Shown in pieces: positions 13,419 through 30,073 of a DNA stretch of 64,000 nucleotides. The notes below the pieces were generated by a model. That model ran no database searches, was not told the origin of the DNA, and was given only the letters and a program-made list of their open reading frames with translations. Every line of letters starts with the position of its first letter. Position 1 is the stretch's first letter. Made by a program: the position numbers and the translations under genes. The stretch comes from Eledone cirrhosa (lineage: Eukaryota), in the NCBI GenBank assembly GCA_964016885.1, contig OZ024753.1:5456001-5520000 (forward strand), read 5' to 3'.

Positions 13419-14087
13419 TAAATATAAGTATGTACACGTACATACATATATGTATACAGACGCACAGTAGTATGTATATATATATATACATACATGCACA
13501 CATATATATATATGTACGTATGGATTCACCAAACATTTATTATAATACTCGGTGTGTTTGTAAACAAACATCCCGTATTAAACCGTAGTGTCTAGCAACC
13601 ACCGTTGCTCGTTTGTTCAACACTGACAAAGGAACGCTGTACTAGTTTCAAGCTTGTTAGCTATCATCAGCAATGTATACCTTCCTGCCAGATAGTTGAA
13701 CGTCCGAAAGTATATACTTTCCTTATGCATATTAACGGCTGAGTAGCCCAATTTGCATATCGAGTGGATTAATCAGCCGGGTGCACCGAAAACGATAAAC
13801 GGAAAAAATGAAACGAAATTTCATTTCCCACTCTTAGTACGGCTGTTACTTAAATATAAGTATGTACATAACTTAATACAGGATGTTTGTTTACAAACAC
13901 ACGGAGCATTAAAATAAATGTTTGGTAAATCCATACGTACATATATATATGTGTGCATGTATGTATATATATATACATACTACTGTGCGTCTGTATACAT
14001 ATATGTATGTACGTGTACATACTTATATTTAAGTAACAGCCGTACTAAGAGTGGGAAATGAACTTTTGTTTCATTTTTTCCGTTTAT
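13419..14087 (-). mobile_element. ORF-less hammerhead-bearing element (retrozyme-like or PLE-pLTR-derived), subfamily A
   Basis: 432-bp unit bounded by direct repeat TAAATATAAGTATGTACA (13419, 13851), followed by an inverted partial copy at 13873-14087. Confidence 0.75.
13634..13676 (-). ncRNA. Minimal type I hammerhead ribozyme
   Basis: ACATTG CTGATGA TAGC-TAACAA-GCTT GAAA CTAG TA CAGCGT; palindromic stem III ACTAGT; GUA site. Confidence 0.75.
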
Positions 14088-14835
<748 letters not shown>

Positions 14836-14903
14836 GCCTTTCCCAAACAGAAGACATACATGCTTCATCTCTGAACGACATTGCTAAACGTACAGTTCAA
14901 TTT

Positions 14904-15905
14904 TTGAAAACTCGATCTGAACAACAGATTCAAAATAAATTAAAGCAAATCGAAATTGCTTTTAAATTAATCAATAAGCATTTGGATAAACTACGGTGTG
15001 TTTTCTCTTCGAATGCTGTCCAGCAGCAGCAACAACAACAACAGCAGCTACAACAGCAACAACAACAACAGCTACAACAACAACAGCAACAACAACGACA
15101 ACAACAGTGTGAACCACTCCTTGATTCATCAACAATGGCCGATCTACTAAATGAAACTATTGACCCCCCAGTAGCCTCTGTCTCACAGCATGAAACGCCA
15201 CATCCTTTCTCTGGCCCAGCAGTCCAATCATCACCACTGCCAACATCTCCATCTCTGCCTACTACTACTACTACTACTACAACATTTTTGTCTACTGCTA
15301 TGTCAAGGAATTTACCTTCTAATACCAGAACAAGAACTCTCCCTCCCACAGTCCACAAAGGTCGTCAAATCCTACCCAAACCATCATCTACACCTCTCAC
15401 AACACACACACCCACATACCCACCCACTCGAAACCCCATCATTTGCCGCTACTCTCTACGCTATAGAATATGTATGGATAGTGGCTGCAAATTCACCCAT
15501 TTACCTAGGACAAAACGATCTATCCCCACAAACAGCCACCACCATAATACATACTCTAATTTAACACCAACACAACCACCAATAACTCAAACAAGGAATC
15601 CACAAATCTGCCGTTTTTCCCTGCGAGACAGATTGTGTTTAGACCGGGATTGTCCCTTTACCCATCTCCCGGGGACCCGTCGGACAAATGAAAATAAAAT
15701 TAAAAATAAAAGCAAAAACAAAAACCATAACCTACATAAAAATAACCACTACTACAGTCACCAACAGTCTTCTAAACAGGAAACTTCTTCCTCTTTTTTA
15801 GCCATAATGAATCTGGCAAAAGAACTGGAAAAAAACATTCGAGCTATCACCCAGCACCACCCTCCACTATCACCCCACTGCACAAACTCCCATTGCTGCC
15901 ATTAA
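14904..15905 (+). CDS. LINE ORF1 (partial): poly-Q, P/T-rich, two CCCH zinc fingers
   Basis: [19 protein letters not shown] and [19 protein letters not shown] (C-x8-C-x4-C-x3-H), directly upstream of ORF2. Confidence 0.75.
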   Translation: MKTRSEQQIQNKLKQIEIAFKLINKHLDKLRCVFSSNAVQQQQQQQQQLQQQQQQQLQQQQQQQRQQQCEPLLDSSTMADLLNETIDPPVASVSQHETPHPFSGPAVQSSPLPTSPSLPTTTTTTTTFLSTAMSRNLPSNTRTRTLPPTVHKGRQILPKPSSTPLTTHTPTYPPTRNPIICRYSLRYRICMDSGCKFTHLPRTKRSIPTNSHHHNTYSNLTPTQPPITQTRNPQICRFSLRDRLCLDRDCPFTHLPGTRRTNENKIKNKSKNKNHNLHKNNHYYSHQQSSKQETSSSFLAIMNLAKELEKNIRAITQHHPPLSPHCTNSHCCH

Positions 15906-18900
15906 CAAACAAACAAATTAACAATACACCAAAACAATTAAAACCATCCACTCTCGCCTCTACATTTTTGCTTAACGCCCAAGGCATCAGCCCTTCCACC
16001 AATACTCAAAAATGGAAGATCAAATTCCTGGAGGACTGGATTGATGTCCATCCAAACCACATCCCTTTCTTCGTCCTCACTGAAACCCATCTCAGTAACC
16101 TCCACTTGGAAGCCGAGGTGAAAGTGAAAAATTTCAAAGCCATCCGTGCTGATCGCGCTGGCAGAAGAAAGGGCGGAACTGCCATTTATGTCCATAATTC
16201 TTTCTCAACAGAGGCTATGAACATATTCACTAATGGATACTGTGAAGCAGTCACTGTATTCAGTCAAACCAACAACCTATTAGTAGTTGGGCTCTATAGG
16301 CCACCCCAAACGCCTGTACCATGCTTCAAGGAATGCCTCAACAGCATAAAGTGTTTCATCCAAGAGTGTCACCCTGACAACATCTTAATGATGGGGGACT
16401 TCAACCTCCCCGGAGTTGACTGGTCCACAAACAGCCTGCCACCAGGTTCTTCTGCCTCAACCTCTGACAGGGAAGCTGTGGAATCGCTTCTTGACTTCAT
16501 GGATGATTTCTTCCTATCCCAACTGGTGCTCGAACCAACGAGGTGCCACAAAAACGTCCTAGACTTAATTTTCAGCAATCACACTGACAATATCCACAAT
16601 ATTGCAGTGGAGAAAACTCTACTCTCTGATCATGACATGGTTCTCTGTGATCTGAGATTCCACCGTCCAATATACAAACCCAATGTCATCTCTCCTGTCC
16701 ATCCGTTTGACGCTATGGATTTCCACAATGCAAACTGGGAAGCGATCAGTCATGATCTTGCACATGTCGACTGGTCCTTCACGCACACTCATACACCCAC
16801 TAACATCAAAAAGTCCTGGCAGACATTTGTGGACACTGTTACAAACATATGTGCTAAACACACCCCATTAAGAACTATAAACAAATCTAAGAGCAGAATC
16901 CCTAGAAATAGAAAAACGCTCATCAGAAAAATTAAGAGAACGAACAAAAAAATCAACAAGCTGAAATACTGTCAGCAGCAACACATCAACTTGACTGCCA
17001 TTTCATCACTAGAGATTAAAAAACATAACCTCCAAAACAACATAATGTCCCTCATCAACAATCAGAGAAGAGCTGAAGAGGCCTGGGCCATTGAGAAGAT
17101 CAAACTCAATCCCAAAGTGTTCTTTTCATTTGCAAAAAAACACAAAATCACTGGCTCTACTGTTGGCCCTCTAATTGATGAAAATGGCACTCTTCAAGAC
17201 AATGCTAAAACCATGGGTGAGATACTGCAGAAACAATACTGCTCTGTTTTCAGCAATCCTGATATGGCCGATCTGGGCTGTATCGGCGATGTTACTCCCC
17301 ATTACACCTTATCGGATATAACGTTTGGCGCCCCTGATGTCTTGGCGGCAATAAAGGAAATCAAGCATAATTCAGCAGTAGGTCCCGATAGGTTCCCTGC
17401 TTGTGTCTTGAAGGCGTGTCAACACCAACTTGCATCTCCTCTTGCCAATCTGTGGCGGAACTCACTGGATGCTGGATATGTGCCAGAAAACCTTCTATCC
17501 CAGTCTGTTGTCCCAGTTTTCAAAAAGGGAAACAAATCCCTTGCCGTGAATTACCGTCCAATCTCACTCACCTCTCATATCATTAAGGTATTTGAGCGAG
17601 TGGTGAGATCGCGAATGACCCACTTCCTTGTGAGTAACAATATGCTGAATTCCAACCAGCATGGATTCCGTAATGGAAGGGATTGCCTGACGCAGCTACT
17701 GCATCACTTTGATGACATTTTGAGAGCCTTGGGAGAGGGTTCCAACACTGATGTTATCTACCTTGATTTCAGCAAGGCCTTTGACAGGGTTGATCATAAC
17801 ATTCTACTGCGAAAGCTGTCCAATATTGGTGTCACTGGAAAGCTGCTGCAGTGGATCAAGAGCTTCCTGTCAAACAGAACCCAACATGTTGTAGTTGAGG
17901 GAGTCAAATCAAGCCCAGCCAAAGTCAGTAGTGGGGTCCCACAAGGCACTGTGTTGGGCCCACTTCTCTTCATCTATATTAATGACATCACTGACATCAT
18001 CAAACACAGCAACATTAAAATTTTCGCTGATGATTCCAAGCTCCAAAAGGTCATCAATGGCGTGGATGACCGGATAAGCCTTCAGTCAGACCTACTGGCT
18101 GTTACCCAATGGGCAGAAAAGAACAACATGTTACTGAACGAAGACAAATTCGAACTGATCCACTTTGGAAAAGAGGATGCTCTGAAACTCCCGTACTCCC
18201 TTCCCTCCGGGGAAACTCTCGTGGCATCTAACAACATCAGAGACTTGGGAGTAACCGTGGACAGCAACATAAGCTGGACCACGCATATAAGCAGCAAAGT
18301 TGACATGGCCCGCAGAATGTGTTCCTGGATCCTCAGAACCTTCCAGTCGAGAGATTCCCGCACCATTATCCTTCTCTTCTCTACTTTCGCCCGACACACC
18401 TTGAATACTGTTGTCCACTGTGGTCTCCCCACACGAAACAAAGTATCATGAAACTTGAAGCTCCTCAAAGGGCAATCACGAAAAAGATAGATGGCATGTC
18501 AGACCTTGACTACTGGGGTCGATTAGAAAACCTGAAACTTTACTCACTCCAACGTCGCCGTGAGCGTTATATTATCTGCATGATGTGGAAAATGTTCCAT
18601 CATCACTGCCCAAATGATGTTGGCATCGCCTTCAAGATACACCCAAGGCTTGGGCCCCGTGCTATCCGTCCCATTCAAAAATCTAAATCGCAACTCATAA
18701 CAACAATACGGCACAATTATTTCACCTCAATCGGCCCTGCTCTCTTCAACATCACACCAGGACACGTCAAAACAGAAACTGACCACACAAAATTCAAGAA
18801 GTCTTTGGACAAATTCCTCCAAGTAATCCCGGACAAACCACCCACACCCGGATATGTCTCCGCAAACAGTAATTCTCTTCTCGAATGGGCCATGGTGCCC

Positions 18901-18909
18901 AAATCCTGA
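15893..18909 (+). CDS. LINE ORF2: APE endonuclease + reverse transcriptase (1-nt frameshift at ~18395)
   Basis: LNAQG, LTETH, YRPP, GDFN, LDL, SDH; [33 protein letters not shown]. The C-terminus (LEYC..WSP, RRRER) lies in ORF 18319-18909. Confidence 0.95.
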
Positions 18910-18985
18910 ATTGAAAGACTTCGCCAGGTGGTGCTATTAAGTTAGACATGGCCTGGGCCAATACTGGCCAAAACATTTCAAAGTT

Positions 18986-18997
18986 ATATATATATAC

Positions 18998-19028
<31 letters not shown>

Positions 19029-19363
19029 CATAGATATATATACATACATAGATATATATACATAGATATATATACATACATAGATATATATACATATATA
19101 TACATACATAGATATATATACATATATATACATACATAGATATATATACATATATATATACATACATAGATATATATACATATATATATACATACATAGA
19201 TATATATACATATATATATACATACATAGATATATATACATATATATATACATACATAGATATATATACATATATATATATACATACATAGATATATATA
19301 CATATATATATACATACATAGATATATATACATATATATATACATACATAGATACATACATAG

Positions 19364-19406
<43 letters not shown>

Positions 19407-19425
19407 TGTTTATATATATATATAC

Positions 19426-19456
<31 letters not shown>

Positions 19457-19468
19457 CATATATATGTT

Positions 19469-19504
<36 letters not shown>

Positions 19505-19516
19505 CATATATATGTT

Positions 19517-19552
<36 letters not shown>

Positions 19553-19572
19553 CATATATACATATATATGTT

Positions 19573-19666
<94 letters not shown>

Positions 19667-19893
19667 TATGTATATATATATATATATACATATATATACA
19701 TATATATGTATATATATATATATACATATATATACATATATATATATACATGTATATATAAATATACATATATATATACATATATACATATACATGTATA
19801 TATATATATACATATATATATACATACATACATATACATGTATATATATATATACATATATATATACATATATATGTATATGTATATACATAT
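18986..19893. repeat. Compound (TA)n microsatellite
   Basis: Directly visible. Confidence 0.97.
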
Positions 19894-20123
19894 AGTTGAA
19901 AAAAATGAAAACGAAATTTCATTTCTCACTCTTAGTATGGCACTTACTTAAACGTAAGTATGTATGTATACGTACATACACATATGCACGCATCAGTTTA
20001 GCCGACGTTTATTATAACGCCGGCCGCTTTGTTCGTTTGTTTGTCAACAAAGCGAACAGCCTGAATTTATGCCATGCGGTGTTAAGGCAACCACGTCACC
20101 TTTTTGTTCAACACTGACACAGG

Positions 20124-20168
20124 AACGATGTACTAGTTTCAAGCTTGTTAGCTATCATCAGCACCGTT
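20124..20168 (-). ncRNA. Minimal type I hammerhead ribozyme
   Basis: Exact reverse complement of 20452-20496. Confidence 0.85.
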
Positions 20169-20451
20169 TACCCATCTGCCAGATAGTTGAACGTTCGAAA
20201 GTATATACTTTCCTTAAGAAAATTAACGGCTGAGCAGCCTAATTTGCATATTGAGTGAGTTAAATCGGTCAGGCATACCGAAAACGATAAGTTGAAAAAA
20301 AATGAAAACGAAATTTCATTTTTTTCAACTTATCGTTTTCGGTATGCCTGACCGATTTAACTCACTCAATATGCAAATTAGGCTGCTCAGCCGTTAATTT
20401 TCTTAAGGAAAGTATATACTTTCGAACGTTCAACTATCTGGCAGATGGGTA

Positions 20452-20496
20452 AACGGTGCTGATGATAGCTAACAAGCTTGAAACTAGTACATCGTT
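20452..20496 (+). ncRNA. Minimal type I hammerhead ribozyme
   Basis: AACGGTG CTGATGA TAGC-TAACAA-GCTT GAAA CTAG TA CATCGTT: 7-bp stem I, intact core, predicted cleavage after 20489. Confidence 0.85.
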
Positions 20497-20673
20497 CCTG
20501 TGTCAGTGTTGAACAAAAAGGTGACGTGGTTGCCTTAACACCGCATGGCATAAATTCAGGCTGTTCGCTTTGTTGACAAACAAACGAACAAAGCGGCCGG
20601 CGTTATAATAAACGTCGGCTAAACTGATGCGTGCATATATGTATGTGTACCTGTATGCATATGTGTATATATG

Positions 20674-20708
<35 letters not shown>

Positions 20709-20747
20709 GCGTGCTACTGTACGTCTGTATACATATGTGTATGTACG

Positions 20748-20782
<35 letters not shown>

Positions 20783-20913
20783 GCGTGCTACTGTACGTCT
20801 GTATACATATGTGTATGTACGTATACATATATATATATATGTATATATATATGCGTGCTACTGTACGTCTGTATACATATGTGTATGTACGTATACATAC
20901 ATACTTACGTTTA

Positions 20914-21595
<682 letters not shown>

Positions 21596-22266
21596 TAAAT
21601 ATAAGTATGTACACGTACATACATATATGTATACAGACGCACAGTAGTATGTATATATATATATACATACATGCACACATATATATATATGTACGTATGG
21701 ATTCACCAAACATTTATTATAATACTCGGTGTGTTTGTAAACAAACATCCCGTATTAAACCGTAGTGTCTAGCAACCACCGTTGCTCGTTTGTTCAACAC
21801 TGACAAAGGAACGCTGTACTAGTTTCAAGCTTGTTAGCTATCATCAGCAATGTATACCTTCCTGCCAGATAGTTGAACGTCCGAAAGTATATACTTTCCT
21901 TATGCATATTAACGGCTGAGTAGCCCAATTTGCATATCGAGTGGATTAATCAGCCGGGTGCACCGAAAACGATAAACGGAAAAAATGAAACGAAATTTCA
22001 TTTCCCACTCTTAGTACGGCTGTTACTTAAATATAAGTATGTACATAACTTAATACAGGATGTTTGTTTATACAAACACACGGAGCATTAAAATAAATGT
22101 TTGGTAAATCCATACGTACATATATATATGTGTGCATGTATGTATATATATATACATACTACTGTGCGTCTGTATACATATATGTATGTACGTGTACATA
22201 CTTATATTTAAGTAACAGCCGTACTAAGAGTGGGAAATGAACTTTTGTTTCATTTTTTCCGTTTAT
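21596..22266 (-). mobile_element. Duplicate of subfamily A element (HHR at 21811-21853)
   Basis: Nearly identical to 13419-14087 (offset 8177), including the inversion junction. Confidence 0.9.
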
Positions 22267-23674
<1,408 letters not shown>

Positions 23675-24889
23675 TCATCATCATCATCATCATCATCATC
23701 AACGTTTAACGTCCCTGTTCCACGCTTGCATGGGTTTGGACGGGGGTAGTCCCACTTGAGGCAAGAGTGATTTTCTTGCTCGCATAGGACCGTCTGGCAG
23801 GTTTTCTACAGTTGGATGCCCTTCCTAACACCAACCACATTTACAGTGTGGGTCTGGGAGGTTTTTACCGTGTTGCCTACACGGCCACATTACAGCGTGG
23901 ACTGTGTGTTTTTTTGTCGTGACACCTACACGATCTCATTTGTTTCGGCCTGGATGGCGCGGCACCAACATAACTTTACATAGAACGGGGTGGTGGTGGT
24001 GGGACGGGGTGTATTTTGTTAGAGATGCCTACTGGCAAGGCGGGTCTTCTCTATTACTGAGTACCGCCAAAGGTCTCGGTCCAGTGACATTGTCTTGGTG
24101 AGGTGTAAGTGTGGGAGGTCGGAGTTTATCAGCTCGTCCCAGGTTTTTCTGGGTCTGCCTATTCCGTGGCTACCGTCTATCTTTATTGCCCTGCACTTTG
24201 TTATACAGCTATCATCCTTCATGCGCATCACGTGACCATACCAACGTAGCCTTCTCTCTAGTAAACAACATCTGATCCCTCTTATTTCTAATTTTTTCCT
24301 TAGTTCGTTTATGCTTTGTCGTTCACGTATATTACTATTACACATCCAGCGGAGCATGCAAGCTTCGTTTCTCTCTAGTCTGCTTATATCCTCTGCACAC
24401 AATGCCCAGGTCTCACTGCCATGCAACATTGCTGTTCGTATGCAGGCATCGTACAGCCTGCCTTTCATTTTTAGGGAGAACCCTTTAGCGGCTAATAGTG
24501 GTATAAGCTCTCTGAACTTTTTCCACCCAGTTCTGACTCTAGCTACTGTACTTTCAGAGCATCCTCCCCCACTGCTGATTTTGTCACCCAGGTAACGGAA
24601 GCTGTCCACTATTTCTATAGAACCCTCTGCGCAGTTGAAAGAACTAGTATTTTGTGGGCACTTGCTGCTACTTATATCCCCAGAACACCGGCCACATGTA
24701 AAATCTATGTTCTTAGTTAGCTTACCTGTGATCCCACTACATCTTTTATGCACCCAAACTTTGCATTTGGGACACAAAATGGAATTTCTACCTACGCCTT
24801 TCCTACACTGCGCATGGCCACTTCCCGGAGGGGACCGCCGCCTTATTTTCTTTCTTACAAACTAGAACTTTAGTCTTAGCTAGGTTAAT
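23675..24889 (-). mobile_element. RTE LINE 3' portion with (ATG)n tail
   Basis: ORF 24019-24777 is nearly identical to 10851-11843; full 3'UTR and (GAT)n tail. Confidence 0.95.
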
Positions 24890-25626
<737 letters not shown>

Positions 25627-25878
25627 TGGGTCCCTATCATTCCACTGCAAAGAGGTCATGTAGGTGCCACGGCAAAAACCACCCAGCACTCACTGTAAAT
25701 GAGGTTGGTGATAGGAAGGGCATCCAGCTGTAGAAATCAAGCCAGAATCAGTTCCCGTCCCACCCTTGCAAGCAGGGAAAAGTGGACTTAAGATGATGAT
25801 GATATATACATACTTATTTATATATATATACATATAACCCATGCTAGCGTGGAAGATGGACATTAAATGATGATGATG

Positions 25879-25935
<57 letters not shown>

Positions 25936-26010
25936 ACCATCATCTTCGTTTAACGTCCATCTTCCATGCAAGCATGGAAGAGCGGACGTAAAATGATGAT
26001 GATGATACAT
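25627..26010 (+). mobile_element. SINE/RTE 3'-tail fragments
   Basis: GGTGATAGGAAGGGCATCCAGCTGTAGAAA...GATGATG, plus short CATGCTAGCGTGGAAGATGGAC tails. Confidence 0.75.
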
Positions 26011-26017
26011 ACATATA

Positions 26018-27310
26018 TCATCATCATCGATTAACGTCCATCTTCCACGCTAGCATGAGTTTGGGACGGGAATTTTCCCACTTGAGGTCAGGTTGGTTGT
26101 CTTGCTCGTATAGGACTGCCTGGCATGTTTTCTACGGCTGGATGCCCTTCCTAACACCAACCACGTTTACAGTGTGGACCGGGAGGTTTTTACCGTGTTA
26201 CCTACACGGTCACATTACAGCGTGGACTGTGTGTTTTTTTGTCATGACACCTACACGACCTCATTTATTTAGGACTGGATGTTGTGGTACCAACAAAACT
26301 TTACATTGAAAGGGGTGGGGGTAGTGGGACGGGGGTGTATTTTGGTTAAGAGGTGCCTACTGACTGTAGGTTTCGCTTTGTCCTTAGGCAAGGCGGGTCT
26401 TCTGTATTACTGCGTAGCGCCAAAGATCTCGGTCCAGTGACATTTTCTTGGAGAGGTGTAAGTGTGTGAGGTCGGAATTTATCAAGTCATCCCAGGTTTT
26501 TCTGGGTCTGCCTACTCCGTGGCTACCGTCTAACTTGATCGCCCTGCACTTTTTTATACAGCTGTCGTCTTTCATGTGCATCACGTGACCATACCAATGA
26601 AGTCTTCTCTCGAATAAACAGCATCTGATCCCTCTTATTCCTAATTTCTCAGTTCATTTATGCTTTGCCGTTCACATATATTACTATTACACATCAAACG
26701 GAGCATGCAAGCTTCATTCCTCTCCAGTCTGCCCAAGTCTCACTGCCATGTAACATTGATGTTCGTATGCTAGCATCATACAGCCTGCCTTTCATTTTTA
26801 GAGAGAAACCTTTAGCGGCCAATAGTGGTATAAGCTCTCTGAACTTTTTCCATCCCGTTCCGATTCTAGCTACTGTACTTTCAGAGCACCCTCCACTACT
26901 GCTGATTTTGTCACCCAGGTAACGGAAGGTGTCCACTATTTCTATAGAACCATCTGTGCAATGGAATGAGCTAGTATTCTGTGGGCACTTGCTGCTACTT
27001 AGTGCACCTGAGCACCGGCCACATATAAAATCTATATTCTTATTTAGCTTACCTGTGATCTCACTACATCTTTTATGCACCCATACTTTGCATTTGGGAC
27101 ATAAAATGGAGTTTCTGCCTACTTACTCCTTTCCTACACACTGAGCATGGCCATTTCCCAGATGGGACCAGTGCCCTATTTTCCTTTCTACATACTAGAA
27201 CTTTAGTCTTAGACAGGTTAATTTTAAGGCCTTTTGATTCTAGGCCATGCTTCCATGTTTGGAATTTCTTCCCTAGTTCAGCCATTGATTCAGCTATGAG
27301 CATTAGATCA
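26018..27310 (-). mobile_element. Degenerate RTE LINE 3' portion
   Basis: ORF pieces 27073-27348, 26694-27080 and 26384-26584 with frameshifts; 3'UTR and tail present. Confidence 0.93.
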
Positions 27311-27524
27311 TACATATATACATTTTGTGGCAATATGCATTTTTTCACGCTAAATCAATAACAATATAACGTATTTGCCAACCTATATTTTATGTTATGT
27401 TTTGACGTATATACCGTGTAGAAAACACGGTAAAAAGGCTCTAGTCCACACTGTAAATGTGGTTGGTGTTCTGTTCAGTATATATAATTATATATACATA
27501 TCAAATCATACATATTATATATAT

Positions 27525-27868
27525 CATCATCATCATCATTTCATTTTACGTCCACTTTTTCCCTGCTTGCAAGGGTGGGACGGGAACTGATTCTGGCTTG
27601 ATTTCTACAGCTGGATGCCCTTCCTAACACCAACCTCATTTACAGTGAGTGCTGGGTGCTTTTTTGCCGTGGCACCTCCACGACCACTTTGCAGTGGAAT
27701 GATATAGACCCCAGTCCCTATCATCTCATTTCTACAGCTGAGTAAACTGGAGCAATGTGAAATAAAGTGTCTTGCTCAAGGAAACAACACATCGCCTGGT
27801 CTGAGAATTGAACTCACAACCTTTCGATTGCAAGGCCAATGCTCTAACCACTAAGCCATGTGCCTCCA
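27525..27868 (-). mobile_element. tRNA-derived SINE with RTE-type tail
   Basis: Head GGCTTAGTGG...GAGTTCAATTC, CCTTGAGCAAGACACTTTATTTCAC domain, tail shared with the RTE 3'UTR. A partial copy lies at 31455-31757. Confidence 0.88.
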
Positions 27869-28169
27869 TATATATAATATATATATATATACACACACAC
27901 ATACATACATATATTCATTCATACAGGTTTAATGGCTCACTGCGGTTTCTATTGCTAATTCAAATCTTCTGGTACAATGGATTGACTAATTGAACGAAAA
28001 GAATCATTAGTTCTGGATGAATGAATAAATATCTAAGCATGTTTTCTGTACTTCTACTGATAGTGCATTCAAGCACGTTAGTGTACAAATGCACTCAAAT
28101 ATATATATATATATGTGTGTGTGAAGTAATTACGTTGGAAAGGTCCAGGAAAAAAGAGTGCTCTATGTA

Positions 28170-29505
28170 GGTTACAAAGCCTTAGATTTTGCAAGACCCT
28201 TCATTAATATTTCTAAATTAGAAGAAGGCATTATCTTTCATGCTAGGAAAACTCGACTCTTTACTATAAGGAAAGTATTTGGGTTAAAAAGTCAAACCTT
28301 GAAAACTCTTTTGATGTTGCACTGCGTTCATGACAGTACAGATGTGTGTGAATTAGTAAGATTATTCCTTCTCCACACCCTTAAAGAGAAATTTCCTTCC
28401 CATAATATCGGTTTATACCGTGACGATGGATTGGCAGTTTCTCATACCACCAACGGCCATAACCTTGATAAATTCCATAAAGATTTAATCAATACTTTTG
28501 CTAATCTTAACCTTAAAATTACTATAGATACAAACCTTACCAATGCTAACTTTCTTGACATTAATCTTGATCTACTTACTGCCTCTTTTAAACCTTTTCA
28601 TAAACCTAACGAAAATCTTAGATATATACACAAAGAGTCTTGCCATCCCCCTATAGTTTTTAAAAATCTTATTCCCAACATTAGCCGTAGAATTTCTACC
28701 TTATCTTCGTCTTTAGACATCTTTAACAAAGCCGCCCTTATTATATTAAAGCCCTTAATAACAGCGGCTTTACAGAACACATTAAATATTTACCCACTCC
28801 TCCCCCTAAAACTAACCACAATAATAGGAAAAGGAAAATTATTTGGTTTACACCCCCCTTCTCTCTGTCAAAACTAATGTAGGAAGGAAATTCCTTGACC
28901 TCTTAGATAAACATTTTCCTCCTAATCATAGATATTATAAGATATTTAATAGAAATGTAGTTAAAATCAGTTACTCTTGCTGCCCATCAATGAAGTCTAA
29001 AATCACTAATTCTAATCGTACAAGAATAAATCCAGGATGCAGTTGCAGGAAGCCGGATGAATGAGCATTACAGGGCAAATGTAACACCAAATCCGTTGTA
29101 TATGAGGCCAAAGTGACACCTTTTGTTAATAACCAGCCAGCCAGGAGTGAATATGTTGGCATGACCCAGGACAGGTTCAAAACCAGGTTTTATGCACATG
29201 TCACTTCTTTTAAACACCCTGATAAAAGAACAGCAACAGCTCTCACAAATAAGGTGTGGGAATTCAAGGATAAAAACATCCCGTACTCTATCGATTGGTC
29301 TATTTTAGACCATTCGAGGGAGTACCAAAGGGGCACAAAGAATTGTTCTTTGTGTACCACGGAAAAATTTAGGAATTTACAAAACTTGAAAGCCACTTCA
29401 ACTTGCCTGAACTCCAAGACCGAGATCTTCAGATGTTGTCCTCACTTGAAATCACATCTGATCTGTAACTGGATTGACATTCCTATGATGACTCAACCAC
29501 CCTGA
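28170..29505 (+). mobile_element. Penelope-like element (Naiad-like), degenerate RT C-terminus + GIY-YIG
   Basis: DVCELV, GLYRDDG, FLDINLDL, HPP, KIFNRN..KISYSC, CSCR, VVYEA..EYVG, FKTR..H, CSLC..EK, LNSKTE..CPH; several frameshifts. Confidence 0.92.
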
Positions 29506-30032
29506 ACTTCTTCTCTGCTCTCTAAGCCTTACATCCACTACAATTTTTATTTCTCTCTGAACTCACTTTCTGTACTCTTTTATTCTTTTTATCCCTTATC
29601 TCCCCTTGTATTTAAACTTTTTACTATGTTATTTATTTTTTATATATTTTCATATATGTGTATATGTTTTATATACATATATATATAATAGCCGTCGAAA
29701 CGGCTTGAGCTCTGCCATCGAGGTCATACTTTTTCCTATGTATATGTATATATATGTGTGTAATTCTATGGTTGTGTTTGTGTGTGTGTGTGTGTATGCG
29801 TATATATATATGTGTATGTATGTGCTTAATTACATACAGAGTGATTAAATGTTTATTTATTTTCATTGATCATTTGCTCCAGGAACTTGTTGAGTGCTCT
29901 AAATCAGCTATAAACATTTATACCTTTATCTATTTATTTATTATTTATCATATTCCCAACTATTTGTTTACCCCTTCCACCTTTTTATTTTTATATATTT
30001 ATGTATTTTCTTATATATATATATATGTATGC

Positions 30033-30073
<41 letters not shown>

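Larger units (their letters stand above)
14836..18985 (+). mobile_element. CR1/L2-group LINE, 5'-truncated, near-intact
   Basis: Partial ORF1, APE-RT ORF2 and a short 3'UTR ending CATTTCAAAGTT, inserted in (TA)n. Confidence 0.93.
19894..20913. mobile_element. Hammerhead-bearing ORF-less element, subfamily B, in fold-back form
   Basis: 396-bp unit (AGTTGAAAAAAATGAAAACGAAATTTCATTT at 19894 and 20290), then an inverted copy whose distal part carries three ~63-bp tandem repeats (~20700-20900). Confidence 0.8.
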
